From positions 1 through 23,631 of the forward strand of contig JBEKBM010000033.1 in the NCBI GenBank assembly GCA_050015395.1: a stretch of 23,631 bases of DNA, read 5' to 3'. The stretch is from Candidatus Bathyarchaeia archaeon (GTDB lineage Archaea; Thermoproteota; Bathyarchaeia; Bathyarchaeales; Bathycorpusculaceae). The stretch's first letter is position 1. Each line of letters opens with the position of its first letter. A program made the translations under genes and the position numbers. The notes beneath the pieces are model-generated. The model was not told the DNA's origin. It made no database searches and saw nothing but the letters and a program-made list of their open reading frames with translations. Shown here piece after piece: positions 10,004-18,571 of this stretch.

Positions 10004-10540
10004 TTACTTTTTTTCCTCCATTTGATTACTTTGATTGTTTTTTGATGGTTTGACTGCTACTTTGACGATGGTGGGTCGAATCACTTTGCCCTTCATCATG
10101 TATCCTTTTCTTATTTCTTCAATTACGGTAGAGTCCGCTACATCGTCTCGCTCTACAGCGGCAATAGCGTTATGACGTGTGGGGTCAAAAACTTTGCCCT
10201 CTGGGCTTTCTATTGGAGTGACACCTTCTTGCTCAAGAACCTTTCTGAGCTTCTTTAAAGTCATTTCCACGCCTTCTAGCAAGGATTCGGGCGATGTTGA
10301 GATTTCTCCATTTTTGACAGCTAACTCCAGCTCGTCTACAACATCTAATAGTTGAATGACTAAGCGTTCAGTGCAGTAATTCTTGGTCTGCTCCGCTTCC
10401 CTATCAAACCGTTTCTTAAAGTTATCAAGGTCAGCCTGCAAATACCTAAGCCTAGTCAAATAGTCTTCTGAACGCTTCCTCTCGCAATCCAGAAGCTGCG
10501 CTAGGCATTCAACAGACTGCTCTTCCTGATCATCAACCAT
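10004..10540 (-). CDS. grpE: Nucleotide exchange factor GrpE
   Basis: RYLQADLDNFKKR, FDPTRHNA, KGYMMKGKVIRP; its stop abuts the dnaK start; GAGGAG upstream. Confidence 0.95.
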   Translation of the reverse strand: MVDDQEEQSVECLAQLLDCERKRSEDYLTRLRYLQADLDNFKKRFDREAEQTKNYCTERLVIQLLDVVDELELAVKNGEISTSPESLLEGVEMTLKKLRKVLEQEGVTPIESPEGKVFDPTRHNAIAAVERDDVADSTVIEEIRKGYMMKGKVIRPTIVKVAVKPSKNNQSNQMEEKK

Positions 10541-10683
10541 CTTACTCTATGCTCCTCTTGTTCAAAAGCAATCTAACAATCAAACAAAAAAATTTTTCTA
10601 TCCTTAAAAGGCTTTACATCTAAAATGTACGATAGTTAAGAAAAAAAGCACTAAAAATTGTAAAAAATTTAGTGACTTTTCGA

Positions 10684-13485
10684 CTAGTGTTTCAGCTGTT
10701 TCTTAACTTGTTCCTCAGCCGCTTTTACCGTTTCCTGCAGTTTGTCAGGTTTTGTTCCTCCGCCTTGAGCAAAATGGGGTCTTCCGCCGCCTCCGCCGCC
10801 AAAAATCGGCGCCACCTCTTTCACTATTTGGTTTGCGTTTACGCCTTTTTGCACCGCGTTTTCTCCAGCCATAACCATGAGTCTGCAGGTTTTTCCGTCA
10901 GAACCATAAAACAGCGTTACGGTTGCTTCGTTGCGCTTTATCATTTCAGTGGCGGTTTGTACCATGCGGTTAACGTCGATTACTTCGCCGAAGTCGCGTT
11001 TAACAATCGCTATTCCGTCCGCTTCAACGGTTGCTTCGCATGTTTTTGCCTGCCCAACTGTGCTCTCTTTTTCTGCTAATTCTTTTATTAGTCTGCGTTT
11101 CTCAACATTAGCCTCTTTCAGTTCTTTCACGATTTTCTCAGCTGTCTTATCCAATTTTTCCACAGGAGCCGTCAAAGCTTCTGAAACTTTCCACAGCAGC
11201 GTTTCCTGTTTCTGCACTGCTTTTAACGCTTCAAGCCCGACCGCGTAACCTAAACGTTCGACGCCGTCTTGAACGCGTTCAGTGTAAACGATTTTTACAA
11301 AGCCGACCTCGCCGGTGGTTCCCAGATGTGTTCCAGCGCACGCTTCCACGTCCCAGTCGCCAGTTTTCACCACTCGAATGTCTTTGCCGGGTACTGCACC
11401 GCCTTGGTAGAGTCTGAAGCCGTAACGTGCTTCCGCCTCGTTGCGCGGCAACCAAGTTGTCTCAACCTTCATGTTAGCTGCAATCGCCCCATTCGCCAAC
11501 ATCTCAATCTTATGAACCTCTTCAGAACTCAATCTTCTGTAATGTGAAATGTCAAGCCGTGAAGTTTCCAAGCCCTTCTGCGTACCAGACTGCCAAACAT
11601 GCTCGCCCAAAACTCGTCTTGCAGCCCCATTGATCAAATGAGTAACCGTATGCGCCTTCATCAACGCGTAACGCCGTTCCCAGTCGAGAACGCCGTGAAC
11701 AGTGCTGCCCTCCTTGAACGTTGGCGATTTGCCGAGTTTGTGCACTATTACTTTGCCAATCTTTTGGGTATCAACCACATCAAACTTTGAAGCGCCAACT
11801 GTTAGCCATCCGTGGTCTGCTGGTTGGCCGCCGCCTTCAGGGTAAAAGCATGTTCCATCCAACACCACGTATTTGCCGTTTATTATTTTGAGAACTTTAG
11901 CGTCGAACTCTTTCATGTACGTGTCAGCATAGTACAGTTGCTCTGTTGCTGGTAGCTGCTCTGCCTCTTTCTCGAGTGTTTTTTCTGCTTGGGTTTCTTC
12001 CTCTTCCGCGGGCTTGGTTGCTTGCATGTGACGTTTAGCGATTAGCGCGTAAAAGTTCTCCGGCAGCTCCACTTGCACGCCTTCTTTCTCAGCTGCCTGC
12101 TTTACGATTTCGGGTGGAAGCCCATGCGAATCATACAGTTCAGTGAGCGTGTCCATGGGTAGTTTGCCTGTGCCTTTCGCTTTCAACTCGTTAGCTATTC
12201 GCTTGACCATGCCTTCTCCGCGTTTGAGCGTGTCTTCGAACTTTTCCTCCTCAACTTTGAGCATTTCGATGATTTCATTTCGCATTTCTTTGATGTGTGG
12301 GAAGTCTTTCGACCAGCAATCAACCTGCATATCAACGATGTCGTAGAGTTTTGCTGGCTCCATGTTCAGCGTACGCAGTAAACGGTAGACTCTGCGGAAC
12401 AACAGCCGTGCCAAGTATCCTTCTTGGATGTTGGATGGGACAACGCCTTCGGAAAGCATGAAGCTCAACGTTTTAGTGTGGTCAGTTACTGCCCAAGCGT
12501 TCTCTATGGGAATGAGCACTTTATCAAGCGTTTCCATGTCAATTCCAGATAACTCTGACACGCGTTTTCTAGTGACAAGCCGATTCGCGTTTTTGTCAAC
12601 GCTAACCAGACCAGAATACTTCGCTACACGAGCCAGAAAATCGTTATCGACATTGGTTATTCCCGCCATGCTGAGAACTTTATCAAGCAAATTCCCGTAA
12701 ATTGCTTGGAACAGGCTTGGGACTCCTTGGCTAATCCAAGTGAAACGGTCAATGCCATATCCAGTGTCCACCGTGCGAATAGGCAACTTCACGAATTCTT
12801 CGCCGACAACCTTGTACTGCATGAAAACCAAAGTGCCAACCTCTAATCCGCGAACGATGCATTCCACGTCTGGACCAGCGTTGCCGCCGCCAACCCACAC
12901 ATCCTCCTTGTAGATGACCTCCTCAGATTTTATGCCAAGCACCTCAGTGGCGAAGCGGTGGTGAAAACGCACTGTTTCATCCTTCCAGTACACTTCTTTG
13001 TCAGGATAGTTGAATGCGTGTGCTCCGCCCATCTCGAAAATGGTTAAGTGCCTGCCAAAAGTTGGTCCAGTATTAGAAATATCCGTCAGCCTGATGCATG
13101 GCTGAGAAATCACCAGCGGGTTTGCAGGTGGCGGCGAAATCCCCTCGGTCACGTAGGGCTGGAAGTCAATTATGCTTGCATGCGTTAAGTAAATGTCTTT
13201 TCGCCATCTGGCAACAACAGGATAAGGCTTAATCCGCGTGTGACCTTCCTTCTCGAAGAAAGAAAGAAACGCCTCTCTCATCTCGGAAAGGCTAAAACTT
13301 TTCTTAGTGGCTGGATTATTAATGAAAGTGTAGTATCCGCACTCGTCGGAGCTGGATTCGCCGCAAGTTTCCTGCTCAGGGTTCTGAGTCCAATAGTATT
13401 CACCGCATTTTGGACAATGCTTCCTAACGAAACCTTCCTGTTTAAAGAATGGAAGAGCATAATCTTCTGCCGTAAACTGTTTCAA
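10684..13485 (-). CDS. alaS: Alanine--tRNA ligase (archaeal type)
   Basis: N-terminal CxxC, PYPVVARWR, QPCIR, GRHLTIFEM, DTGYG, editing HTVTH and CAGTH, C-terminal GGGGG..FAQGGG; TTG start with GGGGTG RBS. Confidence 0.97.
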   Translation of the reverse strand: MKQFTAEDYALPFFKQEGFVRKHCPKCGEYYWTQNPEQETCGESSSDECGYYTFINNPATKKSFSLSEMREAFLSFFEKEGHTRIKPYPVVARWRKDIYLTHASIIDFQPYVTEGISPPPANPLVISQPCIRLTDISNTGPTFGRHLTIFEMGGAHAFNYPDKEVYWKDETVRFHHRFATEVLGIKSEEVIYKEDVWVGGGNAGPDVECIVRGLEVGTLVFMQYKVVGEEFVKLPIRTVDTGYGIDRFTWISQGVPSLFQAIYGNLLDKVLSMAGITNVDNDFLARVAKYSGLVSVDKNANRLVTRKRVSELSGIDMETLDKVLIPIENAWAVTDHTKTLSFMLSEGVVPSNIQEGYLARLLFRRVYRLLRTLNMEPAKLYDIVDMQVDCWSKDFPHIKEMRNEIIEMLKVEEEKFEDTLKRGEGMVKRIANELKAKGTGKLPMDTLTELYDSHGLPPEIVKQAAEKEGVQVELPENFYALIAKRHMQATKPAEEEETQAEKTLEKEAEQLPATEQLYYADTYMKEFDAKVLKIINGKYVVLDGTCFYPEGGGQPADHGWLTVGASKFDVVDTQKIGKVIVHKLGKSPTFKEGSTVHGVLDWERRYALMKAHTVTHLINGAARRVLGEHVWQSGTQKGLETSRLDISHYRRLSSEEVHKIEMLANGAIAANMKVETTWLPRNEAEARYGFRLYQGGAVPGKDIRVVKTGDWDVEACAGTHLGTTGEVGFVKIVYTERVQDGVERLGYAVGLEALKAVQKQETLLWKVSEALTAPVEKLDKTAEKIVKELKEANVEKRRLIKELAEKESTVGQAKTCEATVEADGIAIVKRDFGEVIDVNRMVQTATEMIKRNEATVTLFYGSDGKTCRLMVMAGENAVQKGVNANQIVKEVAPIFGGGGGGRPHFAQGGGTKPDKLQETVKAAEEQVKKQLKH

Positions 13486-13575
13486 ACTTTTGGCACCCCG
13501 TTTGCTTGATTGTTTTCTTGGCTTTTAATGGGTTACGAGATTCATGCATTTAAATAATTTCGCTCAATTTTCAAA

Positions 13576-14919
13576 CTAAGAAGAATGCCAACACTCAATC
13601 ATTGGTTTTGGCTCATAGTACTGTTTTTCCAAGCCATAACGCCTTAATGGTTTAGTGAGATGTCTCTGTGACCTTGTCGAAGTCACGTATAAACCAGCGT
13701 TAAGCGTTCTAGGTAGGGCTGATTTTTTCTTGGTTAAGCCGCTATATTGCGCTCCGCATTTTTCACAGCGGAACCCTTGGTTTTTGCCCATGGACTTCAA
13801 GCGTTTACCGCAGCCTGGGCAGAGCGGATTCTCGAATACCGTTTTCAGCGCAAGGTTTAGGATGTTAATTTTTTCAAGGTTAATTGTTAACGGCTTGCTT
13901 GACGTTGGCTTATGCACTGCACCATAAACTTCAACGCTGTCGCCAACGATGAGTTCTCTTGCGATTTTCCGAAGGCTGCCAGTTGGTTCGTAAGCGGCGC
14001 AATCCACTTCCGCCAAATCATCCTTAATTGAAAAGATAACGTGGCGCAAGGGAACTATCCGCGGGTTCTGAGCAACAACGCCTTTAACGATAACTGAACT
14101 GTAAGGTTCAATTCTGCTTAATGCTTCAACAGGCTTTAGGTGGGCATCGGTGCCTTGGTTTGAACGGAAAATAACCCAGCGCTCAACAACTTCAAGCGGC
14201 TTAACCAGCCCGTAAGCTTTCTTCACTATTTCTGGCGATTCGCCTCTAATTCCGAAGAGAATTGGGTCTGGACCCCTCGGAGTAATGATTATCCTGTGCT
14301 TCTCTGAATCCACATTGTTAAAAGTGTAAGGCTGCAACTCCTTGTCCATTTCAAAAATTGATGCTTCATCAACTTTTCTTTTTGAGCCCAAATTTTCTGG
14401 TGTTCTGTAAGCTATTAGCTCGTAGGTGTGGTCGCAGTTGAGGGTTTCGCCAACGGCTGCCAACGCGCCAATGATGCCTCTGCAAGAGTTAAAGCCTAAC
14501 GCTTCAGCCCCAAACTTCTTGATTAGCGCCATTGCTTCCTTGAGTTTTACAATGCTTGTCTCTGTTTTTTTCGCAAAAACCCCGAGATCCTCGGGGATTT
14601 CTTGTTCCTTCAAAAAAACTATTCCAGGATCAGTGCCTTTCTCTTTGATGGCTGAGTTTTCTTCCCATAAAGTTATAGCTGACTCTTTTATTTGCTCTTC
14701 AAACGTGGCATCGTACTTGAATCTTAGGCATAGGGCGCCGTTGCCTCTTGTTTTCCAGGGCACGTTAGGATTAAGCCTGATCAAGCCTGGATAATCAATG
14801 AATCCAACGTGGAACTTTTCAAGCTCTTCAATAAGTAATGCCGCAAGATAGGTTGTGCAACCTCCCTTCGTTGAGTCTGTATCGTCCAGCCCAATGTGCA
14901 TTACCTGTTGCCTATTCAA
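13576..14919 (-). CDS. tiaS: tRNA(Ile2) 2-agmatinylcytidine synthetase
   Basis: IGLDDTDS..GGCTT, RLNPNVPWKTRGN, PRGPDPILFGIRG, NQGTDAHL, AAYEPT, Zn ribbon CPGC/CEKC, RHLTKP. The start may be the ATG at 14901. Confidence 0.95.
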   Translation of the reverse strand: MNRQQVMHIGLDDTDSTKGGCTTYLAALLIEELEKFHVGFIDYPGLIRLNPNVPWKTRGNGALCLRFKYDATFEEQIKESAITLWEENSAIKEKGTDPGIVFLKEQEIPEDLGVFAKKTETSIVKLKEAMALIKKFGAEALGFNSCRGIIGALAAVGETLNCDHTYELIAYRTPENLGSKRKVDEASIFEMDKELQPYTFNNVDSEKHRIIITPRGPDPILFGIRGESPEIVKKAYGLVKPLEVVERWVIFRSNQGTDAHLKPVEALSRIEPYSSVIVKGVVAQNPRIVPLRHVIFSIKDDLAEVDCAAYEPTGSLRKIARELIVGDSVEVYGAVHKPTSSKPLTINLEKINILNLALKTVFENPLCPGCGKRLKSMGKNQGFRCEKCGAQYSGLTKKKSALPRTLNAGLYVTSTRSQRHLTKPLRRYGLEKQYYEPKPMIECWHSS

Positions 14920-15004
14920 AGCAGTTGCTCTCCAAGCTAAATTAGAGAATGAAGCCGCGAAGGTAAAAAATATTGTTAGTCAGAAGCGAAGGTTAGTCTA
15001 TTAA

Positions 15005-15292
15005 TTATTGAAGAACGGGGTTTTGTTCAAAAATTACTTGCTCTTGCAGTGTTGTCGGATGTTTTTCGCTTATTATCATGGTTAGTTTTGAGTTTATTTT
15101 GCCGATTTTCTCGATTCTTTTTGTTACGATGTATTTGAGTTTCTCCATGTTGTCTGCTTTTACGTTTGCGATTATATCATAGACTCCCCAGAGGTGATGC
15201 GCTTCTTCGACACCTTCAATTTTTTTTAGAGCTTTCAGTACTTGATTTTCGGCTCCTATTTCGGTATTTAAGAGGACATAAGCTGTTGGCAT
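15005..15292 (-). CDS. Stand-alone Lrp/AsnC ligand-binding (RAM) domain protein, paralog 1 (with C-terminal extension)
   Basis: MPTAYVLLNTEIG...GVYDIIA..; no HTH domain; AAGGAG upstream. Confidence 0.85.
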   Translation of the reverse strand: MPTAYVLLNTEIGAENQVLKALKKIEGVEEAHHLWGVYDIIANVKADNMEKLKYIVTKRIEKIGKINSKLTMIISEKHPTTLQEQVIFEQNPVLQ

Positions 15293-15800
15293 TTTTCTTA
15301 ACAAACTCCTTTCATTTTGGGGGATGGGCGGTTGGATTCAGAGGTTTGGAGGATCTTTCTTGTTCAAGGGGAACGAAAAAAGGCTCAATGTGTGTCCAAG
15401 CTTCTTCATCCAACCTATAAAAAATTCTGTGCATCTGTTCACGGGGAGAGTTTCTATTATGATGTGGCTCCTCCCTGGCTTATCTTCGTGGATTTGCACG
15501 TTTACTTTCATTCTCTCACTGCTCCAGACGCACTGGAGTGCTAGATGAGTTGTACAAAATTTAAAATTATGTGACTAGCTTGATACAGTCACAACTTAAC
15601 ATTCATTTTGCGGAAGTTTGGAAGTTTTTGTTTGTTAAGCTTAATTTTAGCATAGTGGTTTCTGGCATGGACCTATAGTTCTTTTCCGTTTTGAAAGTCG
15701 GTTCCGCACCATGGGCATTTAAATTCTACTTTTATTAGTTATCGTTTTTACGTTTGTTTCTAGGTAATTTAAGGCTGTGTATGTATCATAAAATAACAAT

Positions 15801-15950
15801 CGCGGTTCTTTGAGGCTATTGTGAACTACCACCCTACAAGTAGGGTGGCTTCTCCAATCTAAGAGCAGTTGGAGTTCGGGATAGTTCACGCATACCCCCG
15901 AACAAAGGCATGTAACCTAAGTTCCTCTCAAGCTTCAAACCGATATTGAT
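15801..15950 (-). ncRNA. Predicted omegaRNA (reRNA) scaffold + guide of TnpB; 5' boundary uncertain
   Basis: TnpB omegaRNAs are known to overlap the tnpB 3' end and right end, with the guide taken from the flank. Here the scaffold ends ...GGTAGTTCAC at 15821 and the guide would be AATAGCCTCAAAGAACCGCG (15820-15801). Confidence 0.6.
15821..15852 (-). repeat. Right-end subterminal hairpin of the IS (ends in TCAC)
   Basis: Perfect inverted repeat ccaccctac-aa-gtagggtgg (15829-15848), preceded on - by GAAG and followed by TAGTTCAC. Confidence 0.85.
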
Positions 15951-16901
15951 AGCTCCGTTCAAATCAGCATTATACTCACCGTGACGACTACAAACGAAAA
16001 GACCCTGCGTCTTTCTGTTGCCTTCGAGACCGCAAACATGACAATCCCTGCTTGTGTACGCTTCACTCGTCGTTACTACGAGTACGCCCTTCAACGTTGC
16101 CTTATACGTTATCATCTGCGTCAAACGATAGAACGGCATGTTATCAACTATCCTTCGCATTCGCCGCCCCTTTTTCTGCGCCCTCTGCCGAATCCCCGTC
16201 AAGTCACCAAGCACAATTATGGCGTTTTCACGTTCAGCCTCATCCACAATGTCGCGACTAATCTTATGCAAAACAGCATCAACTTTACGATGCTCTGTGT
16301 CCTTGATTTTCCTAATAGTACCTAACGCTTTCTTCTCGCCAAGTCGTTTGCGAAGCCAAGCATAATGCCTACGAAGCCCACGAACCTTCCTGCCATAGAA
16401 ATGCGGATGCGAGACCACCCCATTGGAGAGCAACACGGTTGTTGCAATGGTTCTCTCACCCAAATCCACAGCAAGAATCCTGCTGAAAGCCAAATTCGCC
16501 TCAACCTCAATTTTAATGGCTACGTTGAGATAGAATTTTCCTTTGCGACGATACAATTTCGACTCACAAACCTTGAATTGCTCTGGAAAAGGTCTATGCG
16601 GCTTGATTGCTACCCAAAGCTGCCTCGTATTCTTGTTTGGGATTTTAGCCCAGAACTCAGAAACACTGTTGCATACTCGTTTAATTTTAAGAAGGTCATT
16701 TCTGATGCTGAGCGGATACTCCTGATTAGGTTTAACTGTTTTGTAGAATCGCTGTGCCTGCTGTTTGTTCGCAGAGTACAATCCAGAGTCTTCTTTGGTT
16801 TGCAAGAAATGTTGCAGGTTGTCGTACTCCGTGTTGAGAAATTGTTGTTTCCGCTTCGTCAATGATGTTACTCCGCACTGTATCGTCAGAGAGGCTTCCA
16901 T
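15834..16901 (-). CDS. tnpB: RNA-guided endonuclease TnpB (compact, rearranged RuvC-II)
   Basis: RuvC-I AVDLGE, bridge helix LHKISRDIV, VLGDL, SEAYTS, Zn finger CHVC...CSRH, RuvC-III NADLNGAINI. The stop codon lies inside the right-end hairpin. Confidence 0.93.
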   Translation of the reverse strand: MEASLTIQCGVTSLTKRKQQFLNTEYDNLQHFLQTKEDSGLYSANKQQAQRFYKTVKPNQEYPLSIRNDLLKIKRVCNSVSEFWAKIPNKNTRQLWVAIKPHRPFPEQFKVCESKLYRRKGKFYLNVAIKIEVEANLAFSRILAVDLGERTIATTVLLSNGVVSHPHFYGRKVRGLRRHYAWLRKRLGEKKALGTIRKIKDTEHRKVDAVLHKISRDIVDEAERENAIIVLGDLTGIRQRAQKKGRRMRRIVDNMPFYRLTQMITYKATLKGVLVVTTSEAYTSRDCHVCGLEGNRKTQGLFVCSRHGEYNADLNGAINIGLKLERNLGYMPLFGGMRELSRTPTALRLEKPPYL

Positions 16902-16937
16902 GTTTTCGAATCGATGTATTGGGTTTATTTAGTTTAT

Positions 16938-17100
16938 GTGCAAAACAGAAGTGCCAGCTACAACATCAACTACCACCTCGTCTGGTGCCCCCAAAGTACA
17001 GGAAACCAATTCTGGAAAAGCAAACTGTGAAATCCAAGCTACTACGTTGGAACAACAGGACCGCCTAAGCAGACATCATACAACGACATAGAAGAACAAA
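16938..17100 (+). pseudogene. tnpA: IS200-type Y1 transposase remnant (internal deletion, frameshifts, nonsense)
   Basis: RSASYNINYHLVWCP / KYRKPIL joined directly to WKSKL*NPSYYVGTTG and DIIQR-IEEQ. The HUH core is missing and the catalytic Tyr codon is damaged. Confidence 0.85.
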
Positions 17101-17112
17101 CTATACAAAAAC

Positions 17113-17165
17113 ACAATTCATCCTACCAACAAGTAGGGAGGTCTTCTTGCTGACTTCTCGATAAA
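17113..17165 (-). repeat. Left-end subterminal hairpin (degenerate) and TTTAT target motif
   Basis: cctaccaac-aa-gtagggagg (17122-17141; 2 mismatches); AAGA 5' of the stem on -; ataaa at 17161-17165. Confidence 0.75.
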
Positions 17166-17186
17166 AGAAAGGGAGTTTAAGTGATT

Positions 17187-17423
17187 TTATTTTTCTTCAA
17201 CGACGATCATTGTTAGAGTTGACCGTACTTTGTCTAGTCGTCGAATGCGCCACGTTACTATTTCTTTTAATTTATCCATGGTGTCTGCTTTGACTCTTGC
17301 TACTATGTCGTAGACTCCGTAAACGGCTGATGCTTCTTCAACACCCTCGACTTTTTTGAGTTCTTTCAGCACGTCAGATTCCGAGCCTATCTCGGTATTT
17401 ATTAAAACAAAGGCTGTTGGCAT
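17187..17423 (-). CDS. Stand-alone Lrp/AsnC ligand-binding domain protein, paralog 2
   Basis: MPTAFVLINTEIGSE...VYGVYDIVARV...IRRLDKVRSTLTMIV; no HTH. Confidence 0.92.
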   Translation of the reverse strand: MPTAFVLINTEIGSESDVLKELKKVEGVEEASAVYGVYDIVARVKADTMDKLKEIVTWRIRRLDKVRSTLTMIVVEEK

Positions 17424-17542
17424 ATCAATCCAATCCTATAATAACTGAGTAGTTAAGTGTGCATTAAAATGTTTCCTAGGAAGCACTCAAGTTACCGTTT
17501 GATTGTCATCTAAAATATATAGAAATTGGGAAAATTAACGTT

Positions 17543-18571
17543 CTACTTCTTTCGTATAATTTTTATACCTGCCCATTGCAAGGCTCCATAAGACACGAGG
17601 AGCCGGAACCATAGGCTCACAACCCTTGTCAGCAAAGTGACAGAAACACTCAGTGCCGCGGGGATTCCAAGTGCAGTAAATGAAATACTCATGATTAATT
17701 CAGGAAACCCGAAAAATATTACTCCCACCGTCTGAAGCGTCCCAGTTAAGGTGAATACAATGAGCACTTTATCAACGGGCACGGGGTAACCTAATGCAAT
17801 AAAAGTCAAAAATATAACAGATACTTCGAAAATAAAGCTTATAACGGCATATATGATGGGTTTAACTAGCGCTTTGGGATTAGCCTTCAATTGTTCCATG
17901 CCTAAATGAAATTTACCCAACACCTCTTCTGCTTTAAGCATGAAATTTTGAGGGGCCCACCTTTTTCTGAAAAAAGATGCTATGCGTATGCCCCAGTTTA
18001 GCAAGGTTTTGGTTGCTTTTGGCTTAAGGCTTACGTAGTAAACGATCAGTAGGGATAAAATTGAGAGAGCTAAGACAAGGGCAATTAAAAAGGTAACGAT
18101 GAAAGGCAAGGGATAACTAATAAGTACTAATCCTAAACCAAGACCTAAAGCAACAACAGTGATTGTTAGGGTAAAAATTTTTTGTCCAACGACAGAAGCG
18201 CCTATTTTTCCCGAAGCTTCATTTGAGTCCTTGGTTAAAAAATAAGTTTTAGATATTTCCGCAGACCATCCCAGTTGCGGAACTGTTGCGTCAAAAAATA
18301 ATCCAACCCATGTTAACAACAAAGCCTTTCGTTTGCTGATTTTTACGGATAAACTATTTAGCAAGTTACGCCAAACGAGCGAAGAGAAAAATGCATACAT
18401 AAAATATGATACAAAAGCAGTTGCATAATAAGCAAGATTTGTCCTTGAAAGTATGTCCACAACTTGTGCTGGATTGATGAAGAAGTAAAAATAAAGAATG
18501 AAGGCTATTAACCCTAATATTAAAACTGTAAGAATCACGTTTAGACGCAACGGTCTTTTAGCTGTGTTCAT
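17543..18571 (-). CDS. UPF0104 / lysylphosphatidylglycerol-synthase-TM-like flippase domain membrane protein
   Basis: 342 aa, ~8 TM helices, WRNLL..., FFDATVP..., E.SK, LLTRVVSLW. Confidence 0.8.
   Translation of the reverse strand: MNTAKRPLRLNVILTVLILGLIAFILYFYFFINPAQVVDILSRTNLAYYATAFVSYFMYAFFSSLVWRNLLNSLSVKISKRKALLLTWVGLFFDATVPQLGWSAEISKTYFLTKDSNEASGKIGASVVGQKIFTLTITVVALGLGLGLVLISYPLPFIVTFLIALVLALSILSLLIVYYVSLKPKATKTLLNWGIRIASFFRKRWAPQNFMLKAEEVLGKFHLGMEQLKANPKALVKPIIYAVISFIFEVSVIFLTFIALGYPVPVDKVLIVFTLTGTLQTVGVIFFGFPELIMSISFTALGIPAALSVSVTLLTRVVSLWFRLLVSYGALQWAGIKIIRKK

Larger units (their letters stand above)
15821..17160 (-). mobile_element. Non-autonomous IS200/IS605-family element (IS605-type divergent tnpA/tnpB)
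   Basis: On the - strand the left end is TTTAT|CGAGAAGTCAGCAAG-AAGA-hairpin and the right end is GAAG-hairpin-TAGTTCAC. The two hairpins are related (ACAAGTAGGG on +). No terminal inverted repeats or target-site duplication. Contains tnpB and a tnpA remnant. Confidence 0.88.

Noticed and set aside
10644-10680. CIRCE-like inverted repeat upstream of grpE (agcactaaa...tttagtgact)
   Set aside because: Arms and spacing do not match TTAGCACTC-N9-GAGTGCTAA; it lies right after the alaS stop and is more simply a terminator region.
15166-15548. Short + strand ORFs upstream of Lrp paralog 1
   Set aside because: Overlapping frames with no recognisable motif; could be decayed coding sequence but cannot be supported.
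15550-15820. CRISPR array or tracrRNA next to tnpB (Cas12f-like system)
   Set aside because: No regularly spaced repeats and no cas genes; IS ends and a tnpA remnant explain the locus.
4448-16865. Numerous antisense or alternative-frame ORFs inside satP, acs, dnaJ, dnaK, alaS, tiaS and tnpB
   Set aside because: Shadow ORFs of well-supported genes.
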